64,000 nucleotides of DNA from Eledone cirrhosa (Eukaryota), in the NCBI GenBank assembly GCA_964016885.1, contig OZ024740.1:405666001-405730000 (forward strand). The letters are read 5' to 3'. Under the pieces are notes generated by a model. That model was not told the origin of the DNA, ran no database searches, and was given only the letters and a program-made list of their open reading frames with translations. Position 1 is the first letter of the stretch; the number at the start of each line of letters is the position of its first letter. Made by a program: the position numbers and the translations under genes. This document shows, in pieces, positions 1-15,000 of this stretch.

Positions 1-3000
1 GTACTATAGCAGATGTAGTGTGTGTACTATAGCAGATGTAGTGTGTATACTATAGCAGATGTAGTATGTGTGTGTACTATAGCAGATGTAGTGTGTGTAC
101 TATAGCAGATGTAGTGTGTATACTATAGCAGATGTAGTGTGTGTACTATAGCAGATGTAGTGTGTGTATTATAGCAGATGTAATGTGTGTACTATAGCAG
201 ATGTAGTGTGTGTATTATAGCAGATGTAATGTGTGTACTATAGCAGATGTAGTGTGTGTATTATAGCAGATGTAATGTGTGTACTATAGCAGATGTAATG
301 TGTGTGCTATAGCAGATGTAGTGTGTGTACTATAGCAGATCTTGTGTGTGTGTACTATAGCAGATGTAGTGTGTGTGTACTATAGCAGATGTAGTGTGTG
401 TACTATAACAGATGTAATGTGTGTGCTATAGCAGATGTAGTGTGCGTGTACTATAACAGATGTAGTGTGTGTACTATAGCAGATGTAATGTGTGTACTAT
501 GGCAGATGTAGTGTGTGTGTACTATAGCAGATGTAGTGTGTGTACTATAGCAGATGTGTGTGTGTACTATAGCAGATGTAGTGTGTGGACTATAGCAGAT
601 GTAGTGTGTACCCTATAACAGATGTAGTGTGTGTACTATAGCGTATGTAGTGTGTGTGTACTATAGCAGATGTAGTGTGTGTACAATAGCAGATGTAGTG
701 TGTATACAATAGCAGATGTAGTGTGTGTACTGTAGTAGATGTAATGTGTGTACTATAGCAGATGTAGTGTGTGTACTATAGTAGATGTAGTGTGTGTGTA
801 CTATAGCAGATGTAGTGTGTGTACTGTAGCAGATGTAGCGTGTGTACTATAGTAGATGTAGTGTGTGTACTATAACAGATGTAGTGTGTGTGTACTATAG
901 CAGATGTAGTGTGTGTACTATGACAGATGTAGTATGTGTGTACTATAGCAGATGTAGTGTGTGTACTATAGCAGATGTAGTTTGTGTACTATAGGAGATG
1001 TAGTGTATGTACTATAGCATATGTAGTGTGTGTGTGTACTATAGCAGATGTAGTGTGTGTACTATAGCAGATTTAATGTGTGTACTATAGCTGATGTAGT
1101 GTGTGTACTATAGCAGATGTAGTGTGTACACTATAAGAGATGTAGTGTGTGTAGTATAGCAGATGTAGTGTGTGTACTATAGCAGATGTCATGTGTGTAC
1201 TATAGCAGATGGCATGTGTGTACTATAGCAGATGTAGTGTGTATGTAATATAGTAGATGTAGTGGGTGTACTACAGCAGATGTAGTGTGTCTACTATAGT
1301 AGATGTAGTGTGTGTACTATAGCAGATCTAGTGTGTGTGTACTATATCAGATGTAGTGTGTGTGTACTGTAGCAGAGGTAGTGTGTGTGTACTATAGGAG
1401 ATGTAGTGTGTGTGTATTATAGCAGATGTAGTGTGTGTGTACTATAGCAGATGTAGTGTGTGTACTATAGTAGATGTAGTGTGTGTACTATAGCAGATGT
1501 ATCGTGTGTACTATAGTAGATGTAGTGTGTGTACAATAGCAGATGTAGTGTGTATACTATAGTAGATGTAGTGTGTGTGTACTATAGCAGATGTAATGTG
1601 TGTGTACTGTAGCAGATGTAGTGTGTGTGTACTATATCAGATGTAGTGTGTGTGTACTGTAGCAGATGTAGTGTGTGTGTACTATAGGAGATGTAGTGTG
1701 TGTGTATTATAGCAGATGTAGTGTGTGTGTACTATAGCAGATGTAGTGTGTGTACTATGGCAGATGTAGTGTGTGTACTATAGTAGATGTAGTGTGTGTA
1801 CTATAGCAGATGTAGTGTGTGTACTATAGTAGATGTAGTGTGTGTACTATAGCAGATGTAGTGTGTATACTATAGTACATGTAGTGTGTGTACTATAGCA
1901 GATGTAGCGTGTGTACTATAGTAGATGTAGTGTGTATACTATAGTAGATGTAGTGTGTATACTATAGTAGATGTAGTGTGTGTACTATAGCAGATGTGGT
2001 GTGTTAACTATAGCAGATGTAGTGTGTGTACTATAGTAGATGTAGTGTGTGTACTATAGTAGATGTATACTATAGCAGATGTAGTGTGTGTACTATAGCA
2101 GATGTAGTGTGTGTACTATAGCAGATGTAGTGTGTGTACTATAGCAGATGTGGCGTGTTAACTATAGTAGATGCAGTGTGTGTACTATAGTAGATGTAGT
2201 GTGTGTACTATAGCAGATGTAGTGTGTGTACTATAGCAGATGTAGTGTGTGTACTATAGTAGATGTAGTGTGTGTACTATAGTAGATGTATACTATAGCA
2301 GATGTAGTGTGTGTACTATAGCAGATGTAGTGTGTGTACTATAGCAGATGTAGTGTGTGTACTATAGCAGATGTGGTGTGTTAACTATAGTAGATGCAGT
2401 GTGTGTACTATAGTAGATGTAGTGTGTGTACTATAGCAGATGTAGTGTGTGTACTATAGCAGATGTGGTGTGTTAACTATAGCAGATGTAGTGTGTGTAC
2501 TATAGTAGATGTAGTGTGTGTACTATAGTAGATGTAGTGTGTGTACTATAGCAGATGTAGTGTGTGTACTATAGTAGATGTAGTGTGTATACTATAGTAG
2601 ATGTAGTGTGTATACTATAGCAGATGTAGTGTGTGTGTACTATAGCAGATGTAGCGTGTATACTATAGTAGATGTAGTGTGTGTACTATAGCAGATGTAG
2701 TGTGTGTACTATAGCAGATGTAGTGTGTGTACTATAGCAGATGTGGTGTGTTAACTATAGTAGATGCAGTGTGTGTACTATAGCAGATGTAGTGTGTGTA
2801 CTATAGTAGATGTAGTGTGTGTACTATAGCAGATGTAGTGTGTGTACTATAGCAGATGTAATGTGTGTGTACTATAGCAGATGTAGTGTTTGTACCATAG
2901 CAGATGTAGTGTGTCTGTACTATAGCAGATGTAGTGCGTATATTATAGCAGATGTAGTGTGTATATTATAGCAGATGTACTGTGTGTACTATAGCAGATG

Positions 3001-6000
3001 TAGTGTGTGTACTATAGCAGATGTAGTGTGTGTACTATAACAGATGTAGTGTGTGTGTACTATAGCCGATGTAGTGTGTGTACTATAGTAGATGTAGTGT
3101 GTGTACTTTAGCAGATGTAGTGTGTGTACTATAGTAGATGTTGTGTGTGTATTATAGCAGATGTAGTGTGTGTGTACTACTGCAGATGTAGTGTGTGTAC
3201 TATAGCAGATGTAGTGTGTGTACTATAGCAGATGTAGTGTGTGTACTATAGCAGATGTAGTGTGTGTACTATAACAGATGTAGTGTGTGTGTACTATAGC
3301 CGATGTAGCGTGTGTACTATAGTAGATGTAGTGTGTCTACTATAGTAGATGTAGTGTGTGTACTATAGTAGATGTAGTGTGTGTACTATCGCAGATGTAG
3401 TGTGTGTACTATAGCAGATCTAGTGTGTGTGTACTATATCAGATGTAGTGTGTGTGTACTGTAGCAGACGTAGTGTGTGTGTACTGTAGCAGACGTAGTG
3501 TGTGTGTACTATAGGAGATGTAGTGTGTGTACTATAGTAGATGTAGTGTGTGTACTATAGCAGATGTAGCGTGTGTACTATAGTAGATGTAGTGTGTGTA
3601 CAGTAGCAGATGTAGTGTGTATACTATAGTAGATGTAGTGTGTGTACTATAGCAGATGTAGTGTGTGTACTATAGCAGATGTAGTGTGTGTACTATAACA
3701 GATGTAGTGTGTGTGTACTATAGCCGATGTAGTGTGTGTACTATAGTAGATGTAGTGTGTGTACTTTAGTAGATGTAGTGTGTGTACTATAGCAGATGTA
3801 GTGTGTGTGTACTATAGCAGATGTAGTGTGTGTGTACTATCGCAGAGGTAGTGTGTCTACTATAGCAGATGTAGTGTGTGTACTATAGCAGATGTAGTGT
3901 GTCTACTATAGTAGATGTAGTGTGTGTGCTATAGCAGATCTAGTGTGTGTGTACTATATCAGATGTAGTGTGTGTGTACTGTAGCAGATGTAGTGTGTGG
4001 AACTATAGCAGATGTAGTGTGTGTGTACTATAGTAGATGTAGTGTGTGTGTACTATAGTAGATGTAGTGCGTGTGTACTATAGCAGATGAAGTGTGTGTA
4101 CTATAGTAGATGTAGTGTGTGTGTGTACTATAGCAGATGTAGTGTGTGTGTACTACAGCAGATGTAGTGTGTGTACTATAGCAGATGTAGTGTGTGTACT
4201 ATAGCAGATGTAGTGTGTGTGTACTATAGTAGATGTAGTGTGTGTACTATAGCAGATGTAGTGTGTGTACTATAGCAGATGTAGTGTGTGTACTATAGCA
4301 GATGTAGCGTGTGTACTATAGTAGATGTAGTGTGTGTGTACAATAGCAGATGTAGTGTGTGTACTATAGCAGATGTAGCGTGTGTACTATAGGAGATGTA
4401 GTGTGTGTGTACAATAGCAGATGTAGTGTGTGTGTACTATAGCAGATGTAGTGTGTGTGTACTATCGCAGAGGTAGTGTGTATACTATAGTAGATGTAGT
4501 GTGTGTACTTTAGCAGATGTAGTGTGTGTACTATAGCAGATGTAGTGTGTGTACTATAACAGATGTAGTGTGTGTGTACTATAGCCGATGTAGTGTGTGT
4601 ACTATAGTAGATGTAGTGTGTGTACTTTAGCAGATGTAGTGTGTGTACTATAGTAGATGTAGTGTGTGTATTATAGCACATGTAGTGTGTGTGTACTATA
4701 GCAGATGTAGTGTGTGTGTACTATCGCAGAGGTAGTGTGTGTGTACTATAGTAGATGTAGTGTGTGTACTATAGCAGATGTAGTGTGTGTGTACTATAGC
4801 AGATGTAGTGTGTGTACTATAGCAGATGTAGTGTGTGTACTATAGTAGATGTAGTGTGTGTACTATAGCAGATCTAGTGTGTGTGTACTATATCAGATGT
4901 AGTGTGTGTACTATAGCAGATGTAGTGTGTGTGTACTATAGCAGATGTAGTGTGTGTACTATAGCAGATGTAGTGTTTGTACTATAGCAGATGTAGTGTG
5001 TGTGTACTATAGGAGATGTAGTGTGTGTGTATTATAGCAGATGTAGTGTGTGTGTACTATAGCAGATGTAGTGTGTGTTCTATGGCAGATGTAGTGTGTG
5101 TACTATAGTAGATGTAGTGTGTGTACTATAGCAGATGTAGTGTGTGTACTATAGCAGATGTAATGTGTGTGTACTATAGCAGATGTAGTGTTTGTACCAT
5201 AGCAGATGTAGTGTGTCTGTACTATAGCAGATGTAGTGTGTATATTATAGCAGATGTAGTGTGTGTACTATAGCAGATGTAGTGTGTATATTATAGCAGA
5301 TGTAGTGTGTGTGTACTATAGTAGATGTAGTGTGTGTACTATAGCAGATGTAGTGTGTGTGTACTATAGTAGATGTAGTGTGTGTACTTTAGCAGATGTA
5401 GTGTTTGTACCATAGCAGATGTAGTGTGTCTGTACTATAGCAGATGTAGTGCGTATATTATAGCAGATGTAGTGTGTATATTATAGCAGATGTACTGTGT
5501 GTACTATAGCAGATGTAGTGTGTGTACTATAGCAGATGTAGTGTGTGTACTATAACAGATGTAGTGTGTGTGTACTATAGCCGATGTAGTGTGTGTACTA
5601 TAGTAGATGTAGTGTGTGTACTTTAGCAGATGTAGTGTGTGTACTATAGTAGATGTTGTGTGTGTATTATAGCAGATGTAGTGTGTGTGTACTACTGCAG
5701 ATGTAGTGTGTGTACTATAGCAGATGTAGTGTGTGTACTATAGCAGATGTAGTGTTTGTCCCATAGCAGATGTAGTGTGTCTGTACTATAGCAGATGTAG
5801 TGTGTACATTATAGCAGATGTAGTGTGTGTACTATAGCAGATGTAGTGTGTGTACTATAGTAGATGTAGTGTGTGTACTATAGCAGATGTAGTGTGTGGT
5901 ACTATAGCAGATGTAGTGTGTGTGTACTGTAGCAGACGTAGTGTGTGTGTACTGTAGCAGACGTAGTGTGTGTGTACTATAGGAGATGTAGTGTGTGTAC

Positions 6001-9000
6001 TATAGTAGATGTAGTGTGTGTACTATAGCAGATGTAGTGTGTACACTATAAGAGATGTAGTGTGTGTAGTATAGCAGATGTAGTGTGTGTACTATAGCAG
6101 ATGTCATGTGTGTACTATAGCAGATGGCATGTGTGTACTATAGCAGATGTAGTGTGTATGTAATATAGTAGATGTAGTGGGTGTACTACAGCAGATGTAG
6201 TGTGTCTACTATAGTAGATGTAGTGTGTGTACTATAGCAGATCTAGTGTGTGTGTACTATATCAGATGTAGTGTGTGTGTACTGTAGCAGAGGTAGTGTG
6301 TGTGTACTATAGGAGATGTAGTGTGTGTGTATTATAGCAGATGTAGTGTGTGTGTACTATAGCAGATGTAGTGTGTGTACTATAGTAGATGTAGTGTGTG
6401 TACTATAGCAGATGTAGCGTGTGTACTATAGTAGATGTAGTGTGTGTACAATAGCAGATGTAGTGTGTATACTATAGTAGATGTAGTGTGTGTGTACTAT
6501 AGCAGATGTAATGTGTGTGTACTGTAGCAGATGTAGTGTGTGTGTACTATATCAGATGTAGTGTGTGTGTACTGTAGCAGATGTAGTGTGTGTGTACTAT
6601 AGGAGATGTAGTGTGTGTGTATTATAGCAGATGTAGTGTGTGTGTACTATAGCAGATGTAGTGTGTGTACTATGGCAGATGTAGTGTGTGTACTATAGTA
6701 GATGTAGTGTGTGTACTATAGCAGATGTAGTGTGTGTACTATAGTAGATGTAGTGTGTGTACTATAGCAGATGTAGTGTGTATACTATAGTACATGTAGT
6801 GTGTGTACTATAGCAGATGTAGCGTGTGTACTATAGTAGATGTAGTGTGTATACTATAGTAGATGTAGTGTGTATACTATAGTAGATGTAGTGTGTGTAC
6901 TATAGCAGATGTGGTGTGTTAACTATAGCAGATGTAGTGTGTGTACTATAGTAGATGTAGTGTGTGTACTATAGTAGATGTATACTATAGCAGATGTAGT
7001 GTGTGTACTATAGCAGATGTAGTGTGTGTACTATAGCAGATGTAGTGTGTGTACTATAGCAGATGTGGTGTGTTAACTATAGTAGATGCAGTGTGTGTAC
7101 TATAGTAGATGTAGTGTGTGTACTATAGCAGATGTAGTGTGTGTACTATAGCAGATGTAGTGTGTGTACTATAGTAGATGTAGTGTGTGTACTATAGTAG
7201 ATGTATACTATAGCAGATGTAGTGTGTGTACTATAGCAGATGTAGTGTGTGTACTATAGCAGATGTAGTGTGTGTACTATAGCAGATGTGGTGTGTTAAC
7301 TATAGTAGATGCAGTGTGTGTACTATAGTAGATGTAGTGTGTGTACTATAGCAGATGTAGTGTGTGTACTATAGCAGATGTGGTGTGTTAACTATAGCAG
7401 ATGTAGTGTGTGTACTATAGTAGATGTAGTGTGTGTACTATAGTAGATGTAGTGTGTGTACTATAGCAGATGTAGTGTGTGTACTATAGTAGATGTAGTG
7501 TGTATACTATAGTAGATGTAGTGTGTATACTATAGCAGATGTAGTGTGTGTGTACTATAGCAGATGTAGCGTGTATACTATAGTAGATGTAGTGTGTGTA
7601 CTATAGCAGATGTAGTGTGTGTACTATAGCAGATGTAGTGTGTGTACTATAGCAGATGTGGTGTGTTAACTATAGTAGATGCAGTGTGTGTACTATAGCA
7701 GATGTAGTGTGTGTACTATAGTAGATGTAGTGTGTGTACTATAGCAGATGTAGTGTGTGTACTATAGCAGATGTAATGTGTGTGTACTATAGCAGATGTA
7801 GTGTTTGTACCATAGCAGATGTAGTGTGTCTGTACTATAGCAGATGTAGTGCGTATATTATAGCAGATGTAGTGTGTATATTATAGCAGATGTACTGTGT
7901 GTACTATAGCAGATGTAGTGTGTGTACTATAGCAGATGTAGTGTGTGTACTATAACAGATGTAGTGTGTGTGTACTATAGCCGATGTAGTGTGTGTACTA
8001 TAGTAGATGTAGTGTGTGTACTTTAGCAGATGTAGTGTGTGTACTATAGTAGATGTTGTGTGTGTATTATAGCAGATGTAGTGTGTGTGTACTACTGCAG
8101 ATGTAGTGTGTGTACTATAGCAGATGTAGTGTGTGTACTATAGCAGATGTAGTGTGTGTACTATAGCAGATGTAGTGTGTGTACTATAACAGATGTAGTG
8201 TGTGTGTACTATAGCCGATGTAGCGTGTGTACTATAGTAGATGTAGTGTGTCTACTATAGTAGATGTAGTGTGTGTACTATAGTAGATGTAGTGTGTGTA
8301 CTATCGCAGATGTAGTGTGTGTACTATAGCAGATCTAGTGTGTGTGTACTATATCAGATGTAGTGTGTGTGTACTGTAGCAGACGTAGTGTGTGTGTACT
8401 GTAGCAGACGTAGTGTGTGTGTACTATAGGAGATGTAGTGTGTGTACTATAGTAGATGTAGTGTGTGTACTATAGCAGATGTAGCGTGTGTACTATAGTA
8501 GATGTAGTGTGTGTACAGTAGCAGATGTAGTGTGTATACTATAGTAGATGTAGTGTGTGTACTATAGCAGATGTAGTGTGTGTACTATAGCAGATGTAGT
8601 GTGTGTACTATAACAGATGTAGTGTGTGTGTACTATAGCCGATGTAGTGTGTGTACTATAGCAGATGTAGTGTGTCTACTATAGTAGATGTAGTGTGTGT
8701 GCTATAGCAGATCTAGTGTGTGTGTACTATATCAGATGTAGTGTGTGTGTACTGTAGCAGATGTAGTGTGTGTACTTTAGCAGATGTAGTGTGTGTACTA
8801 TAGCAGATGTAGTGTGTGTGTACTATAGCAGATGTAGTGTGTGTGTACTATCGCAGAGGTAGTGTGTCTACTATAGCAGATGTAGTGTGTGTACTATAGC
8901 AGATGTAGTGTGTCTACTATAGTAGATGTAGTGTGTGTGCTATAGCAGATCTAGTGTGTGTGTACTATATCAGATGTAGTGCGTGTGTACTATAGCAGAT

Positions 9001-12000
9001 GAAGTGTGTGTACTATAGTAGATGTAGTGTGTGTGTGTACTATAGCAGATGTAGTGTGTGTGTACTACAGCAGATGTAGTGTGTGTACTATAGCAGATGT
9101 AGTGTGTGTACTATAGCAGATGTAGTGTGTGTGTACTATAGTAGATGTAGTGTGTGTACTATAGCAGATGTAGTGTGTGTACTATAGCAGATGTAGTGTG
9201 TGTACTATAGCAGATGTAGCGTGTGTACTATAGTAGATGTAGTGTGTGTGTACAATAGCAGATGTAGTGTGTGTACTATAGCAGATGTAGCGTGTGTACT
9301 ATAGGAGATGTAGTGTGTGTGTACAATAGCAGATGTAGTGTGTGTGTACTATAGCAGATGTAGTGTGTGTGTACTATCGCAGAGGTAGTGTGTATACTAT
9401 AGTAGATGTAGTGTGTGTACTATAGCAGATGTAGTGTGTGTACTATAGCAGATGTAGTGTGTGTACTATAACAGATGTAGTGTGTGTGTACTATAGCCGA
9501 TGTAGTGTGTGTACTATAGTAGATGTAGTGTGTGTAATTTAGCAGATGTAGTGTGTGTACTATAGTAGATGTAGTGTGTGTATTATAGCACATGTAGTGT
9601 GTGTGTACTATAGCAGATGTAGTGTGTGTGTACTATCGCAGAGGTAGTGTGTGTGTACTATAGTAGATGTAGTGTGTGTACTATAGCAGATGTAGTGTGT
9701 GTGTACTATAGCAGATGTAGTGTGTGTACTATAGCAGATGTAGTGTGTGTACTATAGTAGATGTAGTGTGTGTACTATAGCAGATCTAGTGTGTGTGTAC
9801 TATATCAGATGTAGTGTGTGTACTATAGCAGATGTAGTGTGTGTGTACTATAGCAGATGTAGTGTGTGTACTATAGCAGATGTAGTGTTTGTACTATAGC
9901 AGATGTAGTGTGTGTGTACTATAGGAGATGTAGTGTGTGTGTATTATAGCAGATGTAGTGTGTGTGTACTATAGCAGATGTAGTGTGTGTTCTATGGCAG
10001 ATGTAGTGTGTGTACTATAGTAGATGTAGTGTGTGTACTATAGCAGATGTAGTGTGTGTACTATAGCAGATGTAATGTGTGTGTACTATAGCAGATGTAG
10101 TGTTTGTACCATAGCAGATGTAGTGTGTCTGTACTATAGCAGATGTAGTGTGTATATTATAGCAGATGTAGTGTGTGTACTATAGCAGATGTAGTGTGTG
10201 TACTATAGTTGATGTAGTGTGTGTACTATAGCAGATGTAGTGTGTGTACTATTGCAGATGTAGTGTGTGTACTATAGCAGATGTGGTGTGTTAACTATAG
10301 TAGATGCAGTGTGTGTACTATAGCAGATGTAGTGTGTGTACTATAGTAGATGTAGTGTGTGTACTATAGCAGATGTAGTGTGTGTACTATTGCAGATGTA
10401 ATGTGTGTGTACTATAGCAGATGTAGTGTTTGTCCCATAGCAGATGTAGTGTGTCTGTACTATAGCAGATGTAGTGTGTACATTATAGCAGATGTAGTGT
10501 GTGTACTATAGCAGATGTAGTGTGTGTACTATAGCAGATGTAGTGTTTGTACCATAGCAGATGTAGTGTGTCTGTACTATAGCAGATGTAGTGCGTATAT
10601 TATAGCAGATGTAGTGTGTATATTATAGCAGATGTACTGTGTGTACTATAGCAGATGTAGTGTGTGTACTATAGCAGATGTAGTGTGTGTACTATAACAG
10701 ATGTAGTGTGTGTGTACTATAGCCGATGTAGTGTGTGTACTATAGTAGATGTAGTGTGTGTACTTTAGCAGATGTAGTGTGTGTACTATAGTAGATGTTG
10801 TGTGTGTATTATAGCAGATGTAGTGTGTGTGTACTACTGCAGATGTAGTGTGTGTACTATAGCAGATGTAGTGTGTGTACTATAGCAGATGTAGTGTGTG
10901 TACTATAGCAGATGTAGTGTGTGTACTATAACAGCTGTAGTGTGTGTGTACTATAGCCGATGTAGCGTGTGTACTATAGTAGATGTAGTGTGTCTACTAT
11001 AGTAGATGTAGTGTGTGTACTATAGTAGATGTAGTGTGTGTACTATCGCAGATGTAGTGTGTGTACTATAGCAGATCTAGTGTGTGTGTACTATATCAGA
11101 TGTAGTGTGTGTGTACTGTAGCAGACGTAGTGTGTGTGTACTGTAGCAGACGTAGTGTGTGTGTACTATAGGAGATGTAGTGTGTGTACTATAGTAGATG
11201 TAGTGTGTGTACTATAGCAGATGTAGCGTGTGTACTATAGTAGATGTAGTGTGTGTACAGTAGCAGATGTAGTGTGTATACTATAGTAGATGTAGTGTGT
11301 GTACTATAGCAGATGTAGTGTGTGTACTATAGCAGATGTAGTGTGTGTACTATAACAGATGTAGTGTGTGTGTACTATCGCAGAGGTAGTGTGTCTACTA
11401 TAGCAGATGTAGTGTGTGTACTATAGCAGATGTAGTGTGTCTACTATAGTAGATGTAGTGTGTGTGCTATAGCAGATCTAGTGTGTGTGTACTATATCAG
11501 ATGTAGTGTGTGTGTACTGTAGCAGATGTAGTGTGTGGAACTATAGCAGATGTAGTGTGTGTGTACTATAGTAGATGTAGTGTGTGTGTACTATAGTAGA
11601 TGTAGTGCGTGTGTACTATAGCAGATGAAGTGTGTGTGTACTACAGCAGATGTAGTGTGTGTACTATAGCAGATGTAGTGTGTGTACTATAGCAGATGTA
11701 GTGTGTGTGTACTATAGTAGATGTAGTGTGTGTACTATAGCAGATGTAGTGTGTGTACTATAGCAGATGTAGTGTGTGTACTATAGCAGATGTAGTGTGT
11801 GTACTATAGCAGATGTAGCGTGTGTACTATAGTAGATGTAGTGTGTGTGTACAATAGCAGATGTAGTGTGTGTACTATAGCAGATTTAGCGTGTGTACTA
11901 TAGGAGATGTAGTGTGTGTGTACAATAGCAGATGTAGTGTGTGTGTACTATAGCAGATGTAGTGTGTGTGTACTATCGCAGAGGTAGTGTGTGTACTATA

Positions 12001-15000
12001 GCAGATGTAGTGTGTGTACTATAGCAGATGTAGTGTGTGTACTATAACAGATGTAGTGTGTGTGTACTATAGCCGATGTAGTGTGTGTACTATAGTAGAT
12101 GTAGTGTGTGTACTTTAGCAGATGTAGTGTGTGTACTATAGTAGATGTAGTGTGTGTATTATAGCACATGTAGTGTGTGTGTACTATAGCAGATGTAGTG
12201 TGTGTGTACTATCGCAGAGGTAGTGTGTGTGTACTATAGTAGATGTAGTGTGTGTACTATAGCAGATGTAGTGTGTGTGTACTATAGCAGATGTAGTGTG
12301 TGTACTATAGCAGATGTAGTGTGTGTACTATAGTAGATGTAGTGTGTGTACTATAGCAGATCTAGTGTGTGTGTACTATATCAGATGTAGTGTGTGTACT
12401 ATAGCAGATGTAGTGTGTGTGTACTATAGCAGATGTAGTGTGTGTACTATAGCAGATGTAGTGTTTGTACTATAGCAGATGTAGTGTGTGTGTACTATAG
12501 GAGATGTAGTGTGTGTGTATTATAGCAGATGTAGTGTGTGTGTACTATAGCAGATGTAGTGTGTGTTCTATGGCATATGTAGTGTGTGTACTATAGTAGA
12601 TGTAGTGTGTGTACTATAGCAGATGTAGTGTGTGTACTATAGCAGATGTAATGTGTGTGTACTATAGCAGATGTAGTGTTTGTACCATAGCAGATGTAGT
12701 GTGTCTGTACTATAGCAGATGTAGTGTGTATATTATAGCAGATGTAGTGTGTGTACTATAGCAGATGTAGTGTGTATATTATAGCAGATGTAGTGTGTGT
12801 GTACTATAGTAGATGTAGTGTGTGTACTATAACAGATGTAGTGTGTGTGTACTATAGTAGATGTAGTGTGTGTACTTTAGCAGATGTAGTGTGTGTACTA
12901 TAGTAGATGTAGTGTGTGTATTATAGCAGATGTAGTGTGTGTGTTCTATAGCAGATGTAGTGTGTGTGTACTATAGCAGAGGTAGTGTGTGTGTACTATA
13001 GTAGATGTAGTGTGTGTACTATAGCAGATGTAGTGTGTGTACTATAGTTGATGTAGTGTGTGTACTATAGCAGATGTAGTGTGTGTACTATTGCAGATGT
13101 AGTGTGTGTACTATAGCAGATGTGGTGTGTTAACTATAGTAGATGCAGTGTGTGTACTATAGCAGATGTAGTGTGTGTACTATAGTAGATGTAGTGTGTG
13201 TACTATAGCAGATGTAGTGTGTGTACTATAGCAGATGTAATGTGTGTGTACTATAGCAGATGTAGTGTTTGTCCCATAGCAGATGTAGTGTGTCTGTACT
13301 ATAGCAGATGTAGTGTGTACATTATAGCAGATGTAGTGTGTGTACTATAGCAGATGTAGTGTGTGTACTATAGTATATGTAGTGTGTGTACTATAGCAGA
13401 TGTAGTGTGTGGTACTATAGCAGATGTAGTGTGTGTGTACTATAGTAGATGTAGTGTGTGTGTACTATAGCAGATGTAGTGTGTGTACTATAGCTGATGT
13501 AGTGTGTGTGTACTATAGCAGATGTAGTGTGTCTGTACTATAGCAGATGTAGTGCGTGTACTATAGTAGATGTAGTGTGTGTACTATAGCAGATGTAGTG
13601 TGTATACTATAGCAGATGTAGTGTGTGTGTGTACTATAGCAGATGTAGTGTGTGTGTACTATATCAGATGTAATGTGTGTACTATATCAGATGTAATGTG
13701 TGTACTATAGCAGATGTAGTGGTACTATAGCAGATGTAGTGTGTGGTACTATAGCAGATGTAGTGTGTGTGTACTATAGTAGATGTAGTGTGTGTGTACT
13801 ATAGCAGATGTAGTGTGTGTACTATAGCTGATGTAATGTGTGTGTACTATAGCAGATGTAGTGTTTGTCCCATAGCAGATGTAGTGTGTCTGTACTATAG
13901 CAGATGTAGTGCGTGTACTATAGCAGATGTAGTGTGTATACTATAGCAGATGTAGTGTGTGTGTGTACTATAGCAGATGTAGTGTGTGTACTATAGCAGA
14001 TGTAGTGTGTGTACTATAGCAGATGTAGTGTGTGTGTACTATATCAGATGTAATGTGTGTACTGTAGCAGATGTAGTGTGTGTACTATATCAGATGTAAT
14101 GTGTGTACTATAGCAGATGTAGTGTGTCTACTATAGCAGATGTAGTGTGTGTACTATAGTAGATGTAGTGTGTGTATTATAGCAGATCTAGTGTGTGTGT
14201 ACTATATCAGATGTAGTGTGTGTGTACTGTAGCAGATGTAGTGTGTGTGTACTATAGGAGATGTAGTGTGTGTGTATTATAGCAGATGTAGTGTGTGTGT
14301 ACTATAGCAGATGCAGTGTGTGTACTATAGTAGATGTAGTGTGTGTACTATAGTAGATGTAGTGTGTGTACTATAGCAGATGCAGTGTATGTACTATAGT
14401 AGATGTAGTGTGTGTACTATAGCAGATGTAATGTGTGTACTATAGCAGATGTAGTGTGTATACTCTAGTAGATGTAGTGTGTGTACTTTAGCAGATGTAA
14501 TGTGTGTACTATAGCAGATGTAGTGAGTGTACTATAACAGATGTAGTGTGTGTGTAATATAGCCGATGTAGTGTGTGTACTATAGTAGATGTAGTGTGTG
14601 TACTTTAGCAGATGTAGTGTGTGTACTATAGTAGATGTAGTGTGTGTATTATAGCAGATGTAGTGTGTGTGTACTATAGCAGATGTAGTGTGTGTGTACT
14701 ATAGCAGAGGTAGTGTGTGTGTACTATAGTAGATGTAGTGTGTGTACTATAGCAGATGTAGTGTGTGTACTATAGTAGATGTAGTGTGTGTACTGTAGCA
14801 GATGTAGTGTGTGTACTATAGCAGATGTAGTGTGTTAACTATAGTAGATGCAGTGTGTGTACTATAGCAGATGTAGTGTGTGTACTATAGCAGATGTAGT
14901 GTGTATATTATAGCAGATGTAGTGTGTGTGTGTACTATAGCAGATGTAGTGTGTGTGTACTATAGCAGATGTAGTGTGTGTGTACTATAGCAGATGTAGT

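Noticed and set aside
4364-4681. 105-aa His/Thr/Tyr-rich ORF
   Set aside because: Chance open frame in the satellite
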